Shown: positions 13,501-27,748, counted from the stretch's first letter. The stretch is DNA of 64,000 bases from Epiperipatus broadwayi (GCA_028023455.1 JAQFVV010000008.1:15562001-15626000); one strand, 5' to 3'. The notes: generated from the letters alone by a model not told the origin. Program-made: numbers and translations.

Positions 13501-15336
13501 ACACATTGTTTTATAAGAAATTTTGTTTTGAGTTTAAAGTGTAAGCAGGGGAGAATTTCAGACCATTCCTTTCCCATTCATGAAACTTTAAAATTTATTA
13601 TACACTTGAATTTTAATTACTATCGTTTATGTGTGTGTTTATTATTTTGTAAATATTCTTATAATCATAGAGGGCTTAATAAATTTAATATCTAATTTTA
13701 AAGTACGGAGTTGCACTGTGTATTTGATAATGATATTAGTGTTTGACCTTTTCTGTTAACGAAGCAACAAACCACCATCCCGCGATCATGAGTTGATTGA
13801 GCTAGTCAGGGATTAAACTTACCGGGATCGGGAATCATTCGTTAGGCATTCATTTTCTATTGATTTTTTATAAGAGATTATACCTCTTTACTTATTACAT
13901 GATCATATCCCTTAGGCAGGGGAGCAATCTCTTTCTTAAGGTGGCGCGTAAAGGTTGCAGTAAACGAACCTTTCAAAGGTATGATTATAGTAATGTATAT
14001 TTTGGATGCCTTCGAATATTTCTTAATTGCTGCTCGATCTCAGAAAACGCATGTCATGCTCAATGCGGTATAGAGAGAGGCAGCGACCATTACAATATAA
14101 TAAGTATAACATTATTTCTAATATTATATATATTATTTCCAGTCTTGTTGACAAACCAAACACTCAGAACTTTATCTAATACAAAGCTCAGCCGATCAAA
14201 GTGACCATTTGCACTATATATATATATAAAGATTAAACAAATCTAATAAGTTATCCAATCCAAATGTAAACACAGTTTTATTTATAAAGATCTGGTCCTT
14301 TCATAATAGAGTTCATTGTTTTCTCAATTGTGTCCATCTGTGGTGTTCATTTATGTTTTTTCATTAACAACAAAAAATTGAATAAAATGTATTGTAACAG
14401 AATGAAAATTCAGATGTTACTAATATAGATAAATATCAATGTCAGCATAAATATTAATTTGTCCACACATTGACATGCCATTCAAAACTGAATATAAAGT
14501 CAAACAAATGCAATATCAACATAATATAAACAATAACAATGGCAGCTTCATAATGGCTCATCAGACATAAATACCTAAAAGAGAAGAGGCCAAACAATAA
14601 TAATAAATAATCCTAGTCGTCATTTTTGATTGGATTTAAATATAAGACTTGCTGTTTATATAAAATCTGAAGGTAATCATCATCATAATGCATATAGTAA
14701 TCATGGATATATTATAAAAGAGCAATATCAAGGATATATCAATGATTATCATCAACATTCAGAGCAATCTTCTACCATGTATTTACCAATCACAAATAAA
14801 TTAATCATCATCATCATGAACAAAATAAATATAGTAAAATGGGTGAACTTTAAAGATGAACTTTAGTTCCTTAACACCATCTAAATAATTATTAAAAGAA
14901 TTATATACATGTCATCACACACACACTAAATTCTGTTATATCTGAGGCTAGAATTTTTGGATCACAAGCAGGCTATTGGACATATATCTTCAAGAGTAAT
15001 GACACTAATGTTTAATCTGCTATTAAATAAATATATTGTTATAATTTTGAAACAATGATTAGTAAATGAATTAATTAATGAGTAGTAATGATAAAATAAA
15101 AAAAAATCAAGATTTAACATAAATAATGTTCAATTCTGACTTACACATACATATTAAATGTTTTCATAGTCAGTAATTTTCTAAACAAAACGATACATGC
15201 TTAATTTATGGTTAACAGTAATGTATATAATGAAACAGAAACTCTGTTTCACGTGTGTATGTATTCTAAGAGCTATTTTACCCCCCCCTAAAAAAAGATA
15301 GATGTATATGAAAGAAGTTGATCTTATATTTTTTTT

Positions 15337-15551
15337 AAAAAAAAATAAAGCAAAAAGTTTATAAATTCATAAGAAAATTATTATTTTCTATAACTGAAAA
15401 AAAAAAAAAGATAAACCTTCATTATTGATTTTATCATTTTAAATTTAAAAAAATAAAGCAAAAAGTTAAAATTCATAACAAAATTATTATTTTCTATAAC
15501 TGAAAAAAAAAAGAAAGATAAACCTTCATTATTGATTTTATCATTTTAAAT
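15337..15551 (+). repeat. ~108-bp tandem duplication
   Basis: aaataaagcaaaaag...gataaaccttcattattgattttatcattttaaatt occurs twice. Confidence 0.9.
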
Positions 15552-16853
15552 TACGATATAAATAAAAGCTCGCATTTATTAAAATAGTACATTTTAATTT
15601 TTGAAATAATGTTATTGTACAAAATATAATATTCACTTGAGGCAAAGTTATCAAATTGAAAAACATGGCTTAATACTCATGATTCCTTATCTGTCTCGCG
15701 AAAAGTAGTGTCCAATCCTTAAGAGAAAAGCACTCGGGCTTAAATGAGAGCTGCGTAACAAATCAGATATAGGAGTGCTGCAGAATCAATCCAGAGATCA
15801 GAGTATAAATAGTTGAGTTTGAAGTTCAGAGGAGATTTTTTTAAAAAAAAAGATTTTAAGAGCAGTCAAAAAGTAAAAAAAGTGAAAGACTTAAAAAAAA
15901 TTAAAGTTTTATCTAAGTGTTGCTCAACTGTTTAGTTGAAACTGATTTTAGTCACCTTGGAATATAATATTTACAGTCACACTGCTAATGATGAAAAAAT
16001 AAAATATTAATAAGGAAATCATAAGAATGGAAGGCTAATCATAATAGCTTCCTCTCTTTGTTCACAGCCATGATTCTCCAAGACCTGCCTAAGTGAACAT
16101 CATGGAAAGTAAATAATGCCATTCAACTCAAGTGAAGGAACAAACTGGATAAAATAAGGTAACAATTTCATGAAATATTCAATACTTATATGTGTTTATA
16201 AAAAAAACAAACAAAACACCTTTCTTAAAATTAATTATGAATAATTATAGCTATGTGAAAATACGTTTTATTGGTGATAAATTATAAATACGTAAATGTC
16301 TTAAATATCTAGAATCAAAAGGCATTTTTAATAAAGTAAATCATAAATGATTAACTTCTTGTACGCAGATATCTCTGAATTAAAATAAAATAAAAATGAA
16401 TACTTATAACAATTTATATTGCTGAGCTATTACATATAACTATAATTAACTAAATTATAACAACGTGTTTATAATCCAGATAAAATTAAAAAATATACAA
16501 AATGAATGTATTTATACAAAATGAATGTATTTAGTAAATTTATACTATATTATAAATAAATTCAAACATTTAAATATGAATTAGTACATCAATAAAAGTT
16601 AATGATTATATGCGTATAATGAACCACATACTTAAATAAGTTGAAAGATTAAGAAAATCTTTTTTTAAAAAAAAGATTTTATTTATTATTTGAAAACTCT
16701 GAGAAAAGGAATATAAACACGGAATTAAAACATGTTATATATACGAGTTGAGAAGTAAGAATACCAAAACAATGTGTCACAGTTAAATGTACAATGATAT
16801 ACCTAGAGTTATTGATGCGTATAGGTTATATATATATGTCTTATGAAATCAGA

Positions 16854-17210
16854 AATACCAAATAAATCCATTTGCAAGATGAATTGATATGTGGACAGAT
16901 GAAAATACATACACTTATAGGTTACCTGAATAACCAATGGATATAAATGTGAATTAATGACAAATCTGGATAAGAATATGTGAATACCAAATAAATCCAT
17001 TTGCAAGATGAATTGATATCTGGACAGATGGAAATACATACACATATTTTACCTGAATAACCAATGGAAATACATACACTTATATTTTACCTGAATGACC
17101 AATGGATATAAATGTGCTTATATCAACCGATTCAAACCCTGAAATGGATAACCAATGAACCTAGGATAAATGTGCTTATAGTATGGATTCAAACCTAGAT
17201 TTGGATAACC
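16854..17210 (+). repeat. Hierarchical tandem repeat (129-bp unit plus shorter sub-repeats)
   Basis: aataccaaataaatccatttgcaagatgaattgatat occurs at 16854 and 16983; repeated tacctgaat(a/g)accaatgga and ggataacca(a)tga sub-units follow. Confidence 0.9.
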
Positions 17211-17369
17211 ATGAGTAGCAATATATTTATTATGCTTTAACTAACTTAAAATTAACTGGAATAATAGAAATGCTCTTGTCTGTAAAGAATATCTTCATAC
17301 ACGAGTTAATTTAAACCACGTTACATGTGACAAGTACCTAAAAGACTACAGATCAGAATTAAGTGAAAC

Positions 17370-17800
17370 TCTGAATTAAATAAAATGCTATCAGTTGTCT
17401 TCATTATTATCTCTGTTGTCTTCATATATTGCACTCCTCTCTGTGAACTAACAAAATAACTAAAGATTTAAATTGTTAAAGAACTATTGAAAGGAGGACT
17501 TTATTATACAACAAATTACATTCTTTAAGTGCTATTATTGGAAGTATACAAAAAAAAACACAATGGATTGTAAATGAAATATTTGTTTGAATTAAGTGGA
17601 ACTCTGAATTAAATGCTATCAGTTGTCTTCATTATTATCTTTGTTGTCTTCATATATTGTACTCCTCTCTGTGAATTAATTAAATAACTAAAGATGTAAA
17701 TTGTTAAAGAACTTGCATTCTTTAATTCATATTGTACTATTATTGGATGTATACAAAGAGGCACAATGGACTGCAAATGAATTATTGATAAATAAAGTGC
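17370..17800 (+). repeat. ~230-bp-period direct duplication
   Basis: actctgaatta...atgctatcagttgtcttcattattatct...aaattgttaaagaact occurs twice. Confidence 0.85.
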
Positions 17801-19306
17801 TTCTAAACTTCTCATAATTGAACTGAAAATAAATCTTCACATGGTTATGAAGAAACTTTATTAGAAGGACTTGCAAATGAATTGTTGTTAAATAAAATTG
17901 TTGTTACTTAAAATTAATTTTAGTTATCCAATTGTTCAGTTCTATTATTGCATCACTTGTTATTCATTGCACTTGTTCACGAGAATTTCATGCCTCCTGA
18001 GCTATGTCTGGCGTAACTAGACCTATGTAAGTCAGGTTGTAGTAAGATGAAACTCTAGTAGCGCCGTTTGGAAAACCATACACAAATTTCTAGATGCTTC
18101 CAGTATCTATGGTGCTACATCCTCTGATGAGCAAGAAATATTGTTGTAGGGGGTAACATCTGCATTGGGGAATGCCAATCGATAGTTCCTTCCTGCAACA
18201 TGCTCATCAGGAAATTGTTACAACTGAGGTAATAAAGGGGTTGTATGGGGTCTGGTTACAATAAAGAATAAGCGATCACAAATTTAAAAAAACGCACTTT
18301 TATAAATGCTTACATATGTGCACCAAGCAATATAAAAAAAATATTAAATCTAAGCTAAAATATTTTAATTGTATATAAGTTCACATGGTTTAAATATAAA
18401 CATTATGTTAAACAAAATACATTTATAGTTACACACTATGGCAACTTTGGTTTATTATTTCAATAATTAATATTATTTGTTTTTACAATTACTTTCAACA
18501 ACATTATTATTTCTTATAAATATGTTAATTATTATTTAAATTTTCAGATTTTCATTTATTATTGACATTTTAAAAAATGTTTGACAATTCCACTTTCCTA
18601 ACTGTTTTAAAACCAATCAACCATCATTAAAAAAAAAAAAGTTTTTAGACCATAGAGTTAAATTTGAAAAAAAAAAAAAAATCCTGAATTCCAGTTGTCA
18701 GTTTTTTTCTCTGAGACCTCAAACAATTTAATCACTTGTCCTATTCCATTAACACTTATTTCGTTAAAGCTTGTTTACAATTTCTTATTTTAAAACAAAT
18801 TCAAACAGTATAAATAAAAATATTTTCTTTTGTGCTGTAAAGACAAACAAATTTCTCCTTTTATATTTTACTAGTTTTTTCTTAGTCAACATTGTTTCTT
18901 TTTTTTTCTCTCAGCACTATACTAGTGAATATAAGTTTTCTTCATGAGCTTGTTATATAGAACAAACAATTTAATAATGTATGGCCTATAATTCACATTT
19001 AACTTCAATAATCTCTGAACTTTAGATACAGCAAGTGATATCAACTATACATATATAAGGCTATAGGTTACTACAGAAAATATGGGCATACTTCTCTTAG
19101 AATTTCTCAACCAGTATGAAAACAACTAGAAAGTGCTTTTTTTTTTTTGATAGCTTATTTTTTCAGTTAAAATAACCTCATTATTTACAGCAGATACTAA
19201 AGGATGTATCAATTTAATAAGCAGAGGATTAAGTTAAGTATCAGTTTGCCACTCTCTTATCATAATAGCTTCTAATAAAGCATAATATTCAATTTTTAAT
19301 GTCAAT

Positions 19307-19803
19307 AAGAGTACCAAACTCTCCATACAGTAATGTCATAAAGTGCAAACCTTCGTAAGTAATCAATGGATGCAGGAAAGTTTGTGCACAAAATCCCTAT
19401 CTAATGCCTACTCTTACAACATCCCCAGATTAGTTTCTACCTTGTGTCTTTCATCAGTGAGGGGCCTTGGATTTGAGAGCACTACACCTAGAACTTAGGA
19501 ACTTACGCAATCTTCCAGTAGCCACCTTTTACCTATTTGATTAATTTTGTATAAGCGAATGAGTTTGGGTTGAAAACATTGTGGTGTTTTCATCTTGGAC
19601 TTCTAGATTTATAATTAACCAATTAGGTAAAAGGTGGCTTCTGGAGGGTTGCATTAAATCCTAAGATCTAGGTGGATCAATGATAAAAGCCACAAGCTAG
19701 AAACTAGTCTGGGGATGTTGGCTGAGTAGGCACTAGATAGGAATTTTATGCACAATTGCATCCATTGATTACAAAGGCTTGCACGTGAGAGTTTGGTACT
19801 CTT
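19307..19803. mobile_element. Foldback/MITE family F1, copy 2
   Basis: Ends are aagagtaccaaactctc ... gagagtttggtactctt; arms >200 bp, e.g. aaggtggct/agccacctt and ctagaaactagtctgggg/ccccagattagtttcta. Confidence 0.85.
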
Positions 19804-21744
19804 GTTAACAGCATGTGTGGTGATCATGAGATGTTTTGATGAAATTTTTAATGTTGCGAAATAAATTTAGTTGAATGCTATTAATTTAGATAAAAAATTG
19901 TGTTTAAATTTATACCCTAATAATAGTGATATTTAATAAATCTTTATTGGCTATTAATGTTAAAATGAGGAGAAAAATAAATGAAGGAAATAATTATATT
20001 TATTTAAGTCAGATAGTATCAAGTAAAGTAAATGGAATAGAAAAAATAAAATAGAATAAAAAAGACATGGAGTATATTTAACAAATTTAGCACTATATTT
20101 AAAATATATAATTATGCTTTAAAAAGTCTTTACTCCATGAATCTTGCCTATTTTAATTAACAACTATAAAACAAATTTGAATTCAAAAGTAAATTATGTA
20201 AGCAATAACAAGGAAGAGGAAAAATATATTATTCTTTAACTTTACAGGAGTGTAATTAAAAAAATTATCTGCAAAAATTAATATTGTGAAGTTTTGTTTC
20301 AGATCGTCATAGAAATGAATCAGAAAAGACCTTTCTATATACTGACAATCAGATATAAAGTTAGAAATTTAAAAGATTTAGAAAACCTTAAAAAAATTTA
20401 TGTGGCAATTTCTGTCTCTATAAACTGTTAAAATATTTAAATATGCATATGCTGGTCTTGAAAAAATATTTAAAGATATTTGTTCAATAACCATAAAACA
20501 ACATAGAACAATTCTACCTATCAAAATTTAAATATATTTGTTTGAAATATTTAACCTTAAAAATTTTAATCTATATAATATATTTCTAAAAATATAGAGA
20601 AGTCAATTGAAGTAATTCTGAAAATGGTATTATTATGATGGTTATTCAAAAAGACTTTGTCCCCATTGCAAGTTAGCTTTTCTTCATGTTTACTAATGGT
20701 TTACAAGAAATTCTGACAACAGAAATAATTTTGTTTTTTAACATTTACAAAATTAATTATTTTATAAAATTTGAAATAGAATATTAAGTGTAAATGATTT
20801 ATTGGAAAAGAAGCTTGTTGATTGTAGTATCTTTTGGAAATGGATGGCATTAAGAGAATGTAAATCAGGTAATTTATTTTAAAACTGCCATGAATTTATG
20901 AAATTGGTCACCCAAGAAAAAATAAAATCAATGATCAAAAATTTTTGCTAAATAGCCTAAGAGATAAACGAAATAATAAAATTATTTTAAAATAATGCTA
21001 TATGTGATATTAATAAAAATTGGAAAAACAATGTAGAGAAAAACAAAAAAAAATTGTTAATTGCTTTTGTTCAATAAAATCAATTCCAGGGATAAAAACA
21101 AAAAAAATAATCCCTTATTTACATGTTACAGAAACATAAATTAAAAAATTGAACTGCATGTTCAGATGCCAACATTAATAGATTAATATCTCATTAAATA
21201 AAAAATATAGTTAGTAGAATAAGAACTGAAACTTATACAAGCAATATTCAACAAAATAAAAGAAACAATTAGTTGGTATCACAAAAACAATTTTAAAAAT
21301 CAGTAGTCAATCAAATATTTACAATTATAAAAATGAATATCTATCCTTTTTCCTTCTCAAAAAGGTTAAGACTGGCTCACATTAAAAAAAAAAATCCAAA
21401 AAAATCATAGCAAGATATGGAGAAGACATGCTAAATAAGCTATTGATAATGGGGGGGAAATGATATTCAGTAAATGAAAAGGCATTTTACTAGGTCTTGA
21501 AATAACAACAGAAAAAATATTATTAATAAAGATAAACCAAAAATAAATAAAAGATTAGAAAAAAAATTGTGATGACTTATTATTCACAAAGTGAATAAAG
21601 ATAAACTATTAATTACAGTAATCCCTTGACGTTTACATAACAAAAGAAAACCAATTATGATTAAAATAATTAGGCAAAATTTGAATATGATATATGTATG
21701 CCATGTCATAAATGACTGGATTTAAAATATACATATAAGTATAA

Positions 21745-22024
21745 TAATATTTACTGAGGCTATAACCTCGATAATATGCGTATAAAATGCGATAGTAGGG
21801 ACCTCTACAGGTGTTTTAACCACAAGCTTACGCTATGGAAGAGGGGAACCCTTCTTTACTTCAACCTACTTTCTATTTAAATAGGTGAAGCTGAAGCGAT
21901 TGAAGTAAAGAAGGGTTCCCCTCTTTTCTTCCATAGCGTAAGCTTGTGGTTAAAACACCTGTAGAGGTCCCTACTATCGCATTTTATACGCATATTATCG
22001 AGGTTATAGCCTCAGTAAATATTA
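21745..22024. mobile_element. Near-perfect foldback element F2 (120-bp arms, 35-bp spacer)
   Basis: 21745-21864 is the reverse complement of 21900-22024 apart from one 5-nt indel (tcttt) in the right arm. Confidence 0.9.
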
Positions 22025-22529
22025 CTTACGTAATCAATGTGCGTTTAATAAATTTATAATTGCATATAAGTATAGTTTTTTTTTAAACAAGACAGTAGAA
22101 AATATTTCTTTTACTAAAGTTTTAGACAGTTTCTAAATGCAGGTTTGATTATAGCCATGTGTGTTTTATTCATAATTTAATGAATATTTTTCCCATAATC
22201 ACTTGATCTTCAAGTTAGGAATGGAAAAATATATAATGTACCATGATACTATATTTTTCAAATAAGCTAATTACAATTCAATATTCACAACATGAAATAA
22301 ATACATTATCATTTACTAAATGGAAAAAGAGTAAGAAAATCCTTAAAGATTTGATAATTATTCCTGATAAGTGATTCTATTCTTTTAGTTATAAAAAAAT
22401 TTGTATATTTTTTTTTTGACTTCTCATTTGAATTTTTATGATTGTAGTATTGGAATTAAATTGTTATTATTATTAGAAGACTCCTGGAAATTGACTTTCT
22501 CAATAATAACACTCATTTCCTCATTAGTC

Positions 22530-23315
22530 AAGTTCTCTCAGTACAGACTTGTCTATATATTGTACTGGACGAAAGCTTTTGGGTTATGAATAAAGGGCAG
22601 GTAACAAGATGGGTGAGAAAGATAATGTGGTATGCAAAAGATTTGGATAAAGAATTTATATCAGTATATTTGTACAAAAGATGGGATGATTGTGTTAAGA
22701 GGATTGTTGAGCGTTGGAGTAGTAAGGAATGGGATAAAAGAATAGATTTATTAATAAAAATAAGGAGTTAGAGAGATGGAGAAATAGTATGGGGAGTAAA
22801 AAGAGTTTAAATATATATATAAATAACCAGAATATTAGGTGTAAGTTAATATATGATAATAGTAAGGAAAGTAGTTTATTATTTAAGGCTCGAACGGGAT
22901 CTTTAGCTACAAGAAAATATACATGTAAATGGAAAAAAAATGGGTGATTTATTTTGTAAATTATGTAAGGAAGGAATAGAAAATATTAGGCATTTGTTAA
23001 TTGAATGTAAATGTTTGAAAACAGAAAGGGTACACATAATGAAGTTATGGAAGAATAAATATGAAAAAAGTGATTATACAGAAAGTGAATTATTGGTTTT
23101 TATGCTGGGTTTGGGAAAAGATAAAGGGGATTTAGATATAAAGGTTATAGAGTTGACAAAGATTATGTTGTGGAAATGGGATGGAGCAGAATATGGGAAA
23201 ATTTAGAGTGGGGAATGGAAAATAACATGGCTAAGAGGTTTATCTGGACATAATTGCTGAGATATTCTTGACTGCGTTTATAAGGAGAAGCCACAATACA
23301 TCACATCACATCACT
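22530..23315 (+). mobile_element. 5'-truncated decayed LINE 3' end with C-terminal CCHC zinc knuckle
   Basis: Peptides LYWTKAFGL..RWVRKI, YLFKARTGSL and CKLCKEGIENIRHLLIEC (C-x2-C-x7-H-x4-C), followed by a (CATCA)n tail near 23300. Confidence 0.75.
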
Positions 23316-23399
23316 AGACATTTATTTTAAGGGTGGACAGGATATACAAACCCCAATGCGCCGGACTAGCTCAATCAAGCAAATGAGATCTTATGTTTT

Positions 23400-25100
23400 G
23401 TTCAGAAAGTTGGAAAGGTAGCAACAGAAAAAAAAATCAACTAAGTAAAAAGAAATAATTATTTTATTAATAGCATGGTTAAATAAACATAAATCTAAAT
23501 GATAAGCTTTAAAATACACTTAAAATGTACTACTTGTACATTTGTCAAAATTAAACTAAAATATTTTATATGGCTTAGAGAGCGATTTCCTGCGCATGAA
23601 ACAGTGCAAAATACTGACAGTAGCAGAAGTATTAGTAAGTATATAGTGATCTCACGCAAGACAAGAGAGGTTAGCTTCTTGCTTATAACTCATAGTTAGG
23701 AAAGGCTGAATCTCCGTATTTGAGATTTATGCAAGCTTACGTCGAAACAGAAGAAATGTGAAGGTAACTTCCAAAACATTAATAATAAAAAAAAAGAGTG
23801 TTGAAAGTTATTACTTTCAATCGATTGATCTCCCTCACAGTGAGACAGGCTAGGAGCTCACGATCTATCTATTGAAAGGGTTATAACGATTGTACGTGCC
23901 CCTAATAAACAAATTGGAAGTTCGAAATAATAAATCTAACAACTATTATATTTCATAATAGTCTATTATAAATAATTATAGTTTCTCAACATAAGTAGAA
24001 CTAATAATAAAATGGGTCACGAGCCAGAAGTTAATTAAAATAGTCTGTAATATCCAGACTGCTTTCCATAATAAAAAAAGGAATGTGAGATTATAAATAA
24101 AACTATACTATCTCACTTACTAAGACTTAAATGGGACATACAGTATAAGTTTGAAACTAGCACTCGTAAAAAAAAATCAAATGCACAGAAACGAATTACA
24201 TAAGATAAAACTTGAAACATATTTATATTTTTTTAAAAAAAAAGAAAACAAATTTAGTACAATTAAATTATTTAAATTGTAGAACCTAAGGTACCTTAAT
24301 AATTTAGTTAAACGTTAGTGCATTAGACTTTTTGAATATGGTCTGTTAATCTGGATTCCCTAATAATAGGCTTGGGCGAGTCGGTTAGTGGTTTCTTTGT
24401 AGCTGGTTCTTATGGCATTATAGGCAGTTAATGGAGACACAGGAAGCATGAATCTGTCCTGGCAAAAAGCTTAGCACATCATGGTAGAAGAAAATATCCC
24501 TGCGGTAGGTTTAATGTTCATTCTAGGTAGAATAATTACCAGATCAGCTTTCAGAATATGCAGGAATCATTCTTTCCAAGTATTTTGGCAGGAATAGTTT
24601 GTGCATGTATCTCTCAGAATTTGTGTAAGATTCTCTCAGAGTTGGTGGATGTATCTTCAGAGTTTGTATAACAATCTCCTAGATTTTGTCGAAGTATCTC
24701 TCAGAGTTGGTGGAAGTATCTCAGAGTTAGTGAAAAAAAAAAATACAATGGCCTGATTAAGCCTTTTATAGCTGAATCATATCTCATATCTGAACCAATT
24801 ACAAAACTTTTTCTTTTTAATTAAAATTTATAAAATTCTCTATCTAGCTAACAATAGTTATCTAATTAACAAAATAAATTGCTCTTTACAGATCTAGGAA
24901 TTAACTAATGAAAAATTCTTTTCTTTTTGTTTTCTTTCTTTTTAATTAATCTTATCAATCTAAATCCCAAATCTGAAAAGCAATTTATTTTTACAATTTA
25001 CTTTTACATAAATTTTAAAAAAAAGTAATCTTAGTTTTTTGTGTGTTTTTTTTATATTAAAAACCAAATAAAGCTGTGGGGTTAAAATACAATTCCCACG
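23400..25100 (-). mobile_element. Solo-LTR-like island, unclassified
   Basis: TATAAAA on the minus strand at 24764-24770, followed by degenerate ~21-bp repeats (gtatctctcagagttggtgga) at 24607-24730. Boundaries are approximate. Confidence 0.3.
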
Positions 25101-25299
25101 TACATACATATATATTTGTACAAGTATTTAAAAAAAAAACTTTTAATCAAGTTTTACAAACAAAATCTTATTAAAAAAAAAATTATTTTGTTTTCTTCAC
25201 CCCTATAAAACTTCAATTTTGTAATGGTGTTTTAAGCATCCATTACAATATTATACATTTTTCTAAAAAAATAATATTGTTCTATAATATGACCAAAAT

Positions 25300-26600
25300 A
25301 ACAGAAATTGTATCTAGTTATTTGAGCTTCAAATGAACATTTAAGTCTAATCTGAGTGGAGTATCTATTCATTCATTTCCCTTAAGGTCCATGTTATTTT
25401 CAAAAATGTGCCAGCTCCATGATCCAAAAACAATATTTTATCTATATTTCATTTCCACAGTTTCAACAATATAAACGAATAATTCTATCAAGATATGTTA
25501 AAATGTCTAAAAATCCTTCCAGACTTTCATTCTAACTCTAACTAATGACAAACTGCAATGAATCTATTGATTTATGGATCCTTAATAGCTGATGAATGAT
25601 CCAAGGAAACAAAACAGCAGACAAATTCTATATTTTACCATCAAATTTAATATCTATTCTTGTTTTTATCATTATCATTTTTGTCTTATTCCTACTAATC
25701 TGTACCTATTATTTTCTCTTCTTTTCTTTAATATACTTAATAAATGATTAAGATTTTTTCAACTTTAAGTATTTAATTCTTGACTTACATTAATTTCTGT
25801 TCAATGTGACCGTTACATTATAAATTCAGAATATAAATTAAGAAGATACAATGATAATAGACTGGCTTATCTATTTCTTTTGTGAATGTGAAATAAATAC
25901 ATTTCTTAAAACTATTATAACAAAAGCTAACTCACCCATATAAAAAAATCATTATAAGGACAGTGAAATAATCTAGTTTATTCATATTCCTAAACATATT
26001 CCAAAATTTAGCATAGTAAAATGAATGAAAGATATTGTATTTTTCCTGTAATTCCCTAAATTCTAGCATGAATCAAAGATTAGATAATCCATTTTCATCT
26101 TTACGTCATCAAGCTATCTTACAGCTTCAGATTTACTAGTCACATAGACTGGCTTATCTATTTCTTTTGTGAATGTGAAATAAATACATTTCTTAAGACT
26201 ATTATAACTAAAGCTAACTCACCCATATAAAAAAATCATTATAAGGACAGTGAAATAATCTAGTTTATTCATATTCCTAAACATATTCCAAAATTTAGCA
26301 TAGTAAAATGAATGAAAGATATTGTATTTTTCCTGTAATTCCCTAAATTCTAGCATGAATCAAAGATTAGATAATCCATTTTCATCTTTACGTCATCAAG
26401 CTATCTTACAGCTTCAGATTTACTAGTCACATCATCATTGAAATATCCAAATGGCTTTAATCTAGCCACACTATATAAACAACTCTATCAGAAAATATTT
26501 TTAGCTCTTTATGCCTAGTATGTTGAGGGGTTTCAGACTAACCAAGAGAACCCATTTTTCTACTTATTCATTCAATTTTAATATAGAATACAGAAATAAC
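25300..26600 (-). mobile_element. Heavily decayed CR1/L2-like RT remnant
   Basis: Minus-strand SETPQ (SGVPQG-like) and GYFNDDV...*LDDVKM (YINDL...ADDTK-like) appear in the expected order. Confidence 0.4.
25857..26432 (+). repeat. Almost perfect 287-bp tandem duplication
   Basis: Units 25857-26143 and 26144-26430; I could see only about two substitutions. Confidence 0.95.
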
Positions 26601-27748
26601 TTTATCCTGCAGAGATTAGAATAATGTTCCATTGCTAACATAACTGTTATTTATTAGCATTTTTACATTATTCTGATCAATATAGATATGCAAAAAAAAA
26701 ATGGAGATGGTCTGCATACTTGATTCAAATACCAACACTTACAATTTTTTTATTTGGTTTACTATTTCTCGAGTTCCATATAACATTTGAATCATTAGAC
26801 GTTTTGTGACAAACTCTCCATCTTTATATATTTTAAAAATAATTCAATTGCATACCACTTCAAAAAGAAATGTTTTTCAAATGATAGAAAACAGTATACA
26901 GTAATTATTTTTATAAAAATTAAGATTGTTAATTTTTTTCAAAAAATATGTTTGACTTTTGATTGCAATTAATATTGTTTAGAAATAGTTTAGTTAATAA
27001 TATACTTTGACTTACTTTTTATAAAAAGGGGGTGACCATTCGCAAGCATGTAATAAAAATAACATTCCATTGTCCAATTTTAAATCATGCAGTTTTGTTT
27101 GTAATACCCTTTCAGCATCTAAAAAAAAATTGAAGATGAAAATGTTACATATAATAAAAATAAGAATGCAAAAATTAAGAAAAAAGTTATAAACAATTTA
27201 CATCAACTATAATAATGATTTTTAATCTTCCAATGCAGACTTTGATGAATATGTGTATATATTATCATTCAAAATCAAATTTTATATTTGTCTTTTTAAA
27301 ATATGGTTAAACACTTTATTTTCAATCTACACCATTATGTTCACATGAGAATAAATTTAGAATTTAAATTTACTAAAAAAAAGATAAGTTGAATTAAGAA
27401 GTGAAGGAAATTGATTCTAAAGACAATTATATTTATTCTTAGAATTTATATTCAATAAATTTGATTAAATTTAATTGAGAATGCATTTGTTTTATGTAAT
27501 AAATTCAATATTATAAAAGCCAAAAGAAAATAGTTTTTTTTATACATCCTTTAAATTAATATCCGATAAATATATTATTTCTTAGATTTACTGTGAGAAT
27601 ATACTCTATAGCAAATCAATTTTTATATTAATAAATATACTGTTAAACTATCATGTCATTTCACTGACAATATTCTGGAAAATATATTTTTGTCACCATC
27701 ATATAAAATAAAAACTTTAATAAAAAATGCAATGTTTAAGATTGAAAT

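Noticed and set aside
20200-21500. Possible decayed MULE-like transposase (CPHC, KLLIAFV)
   Set aside because: The fragments are too short and stop-ridden to assign.
21763-21790. loxP-like ATAACCTCG.ATAAT...TATA in the foldback arm
   Set aside because: Only one partial half-site matches and no recombinase gene is present, so it is probably chance.
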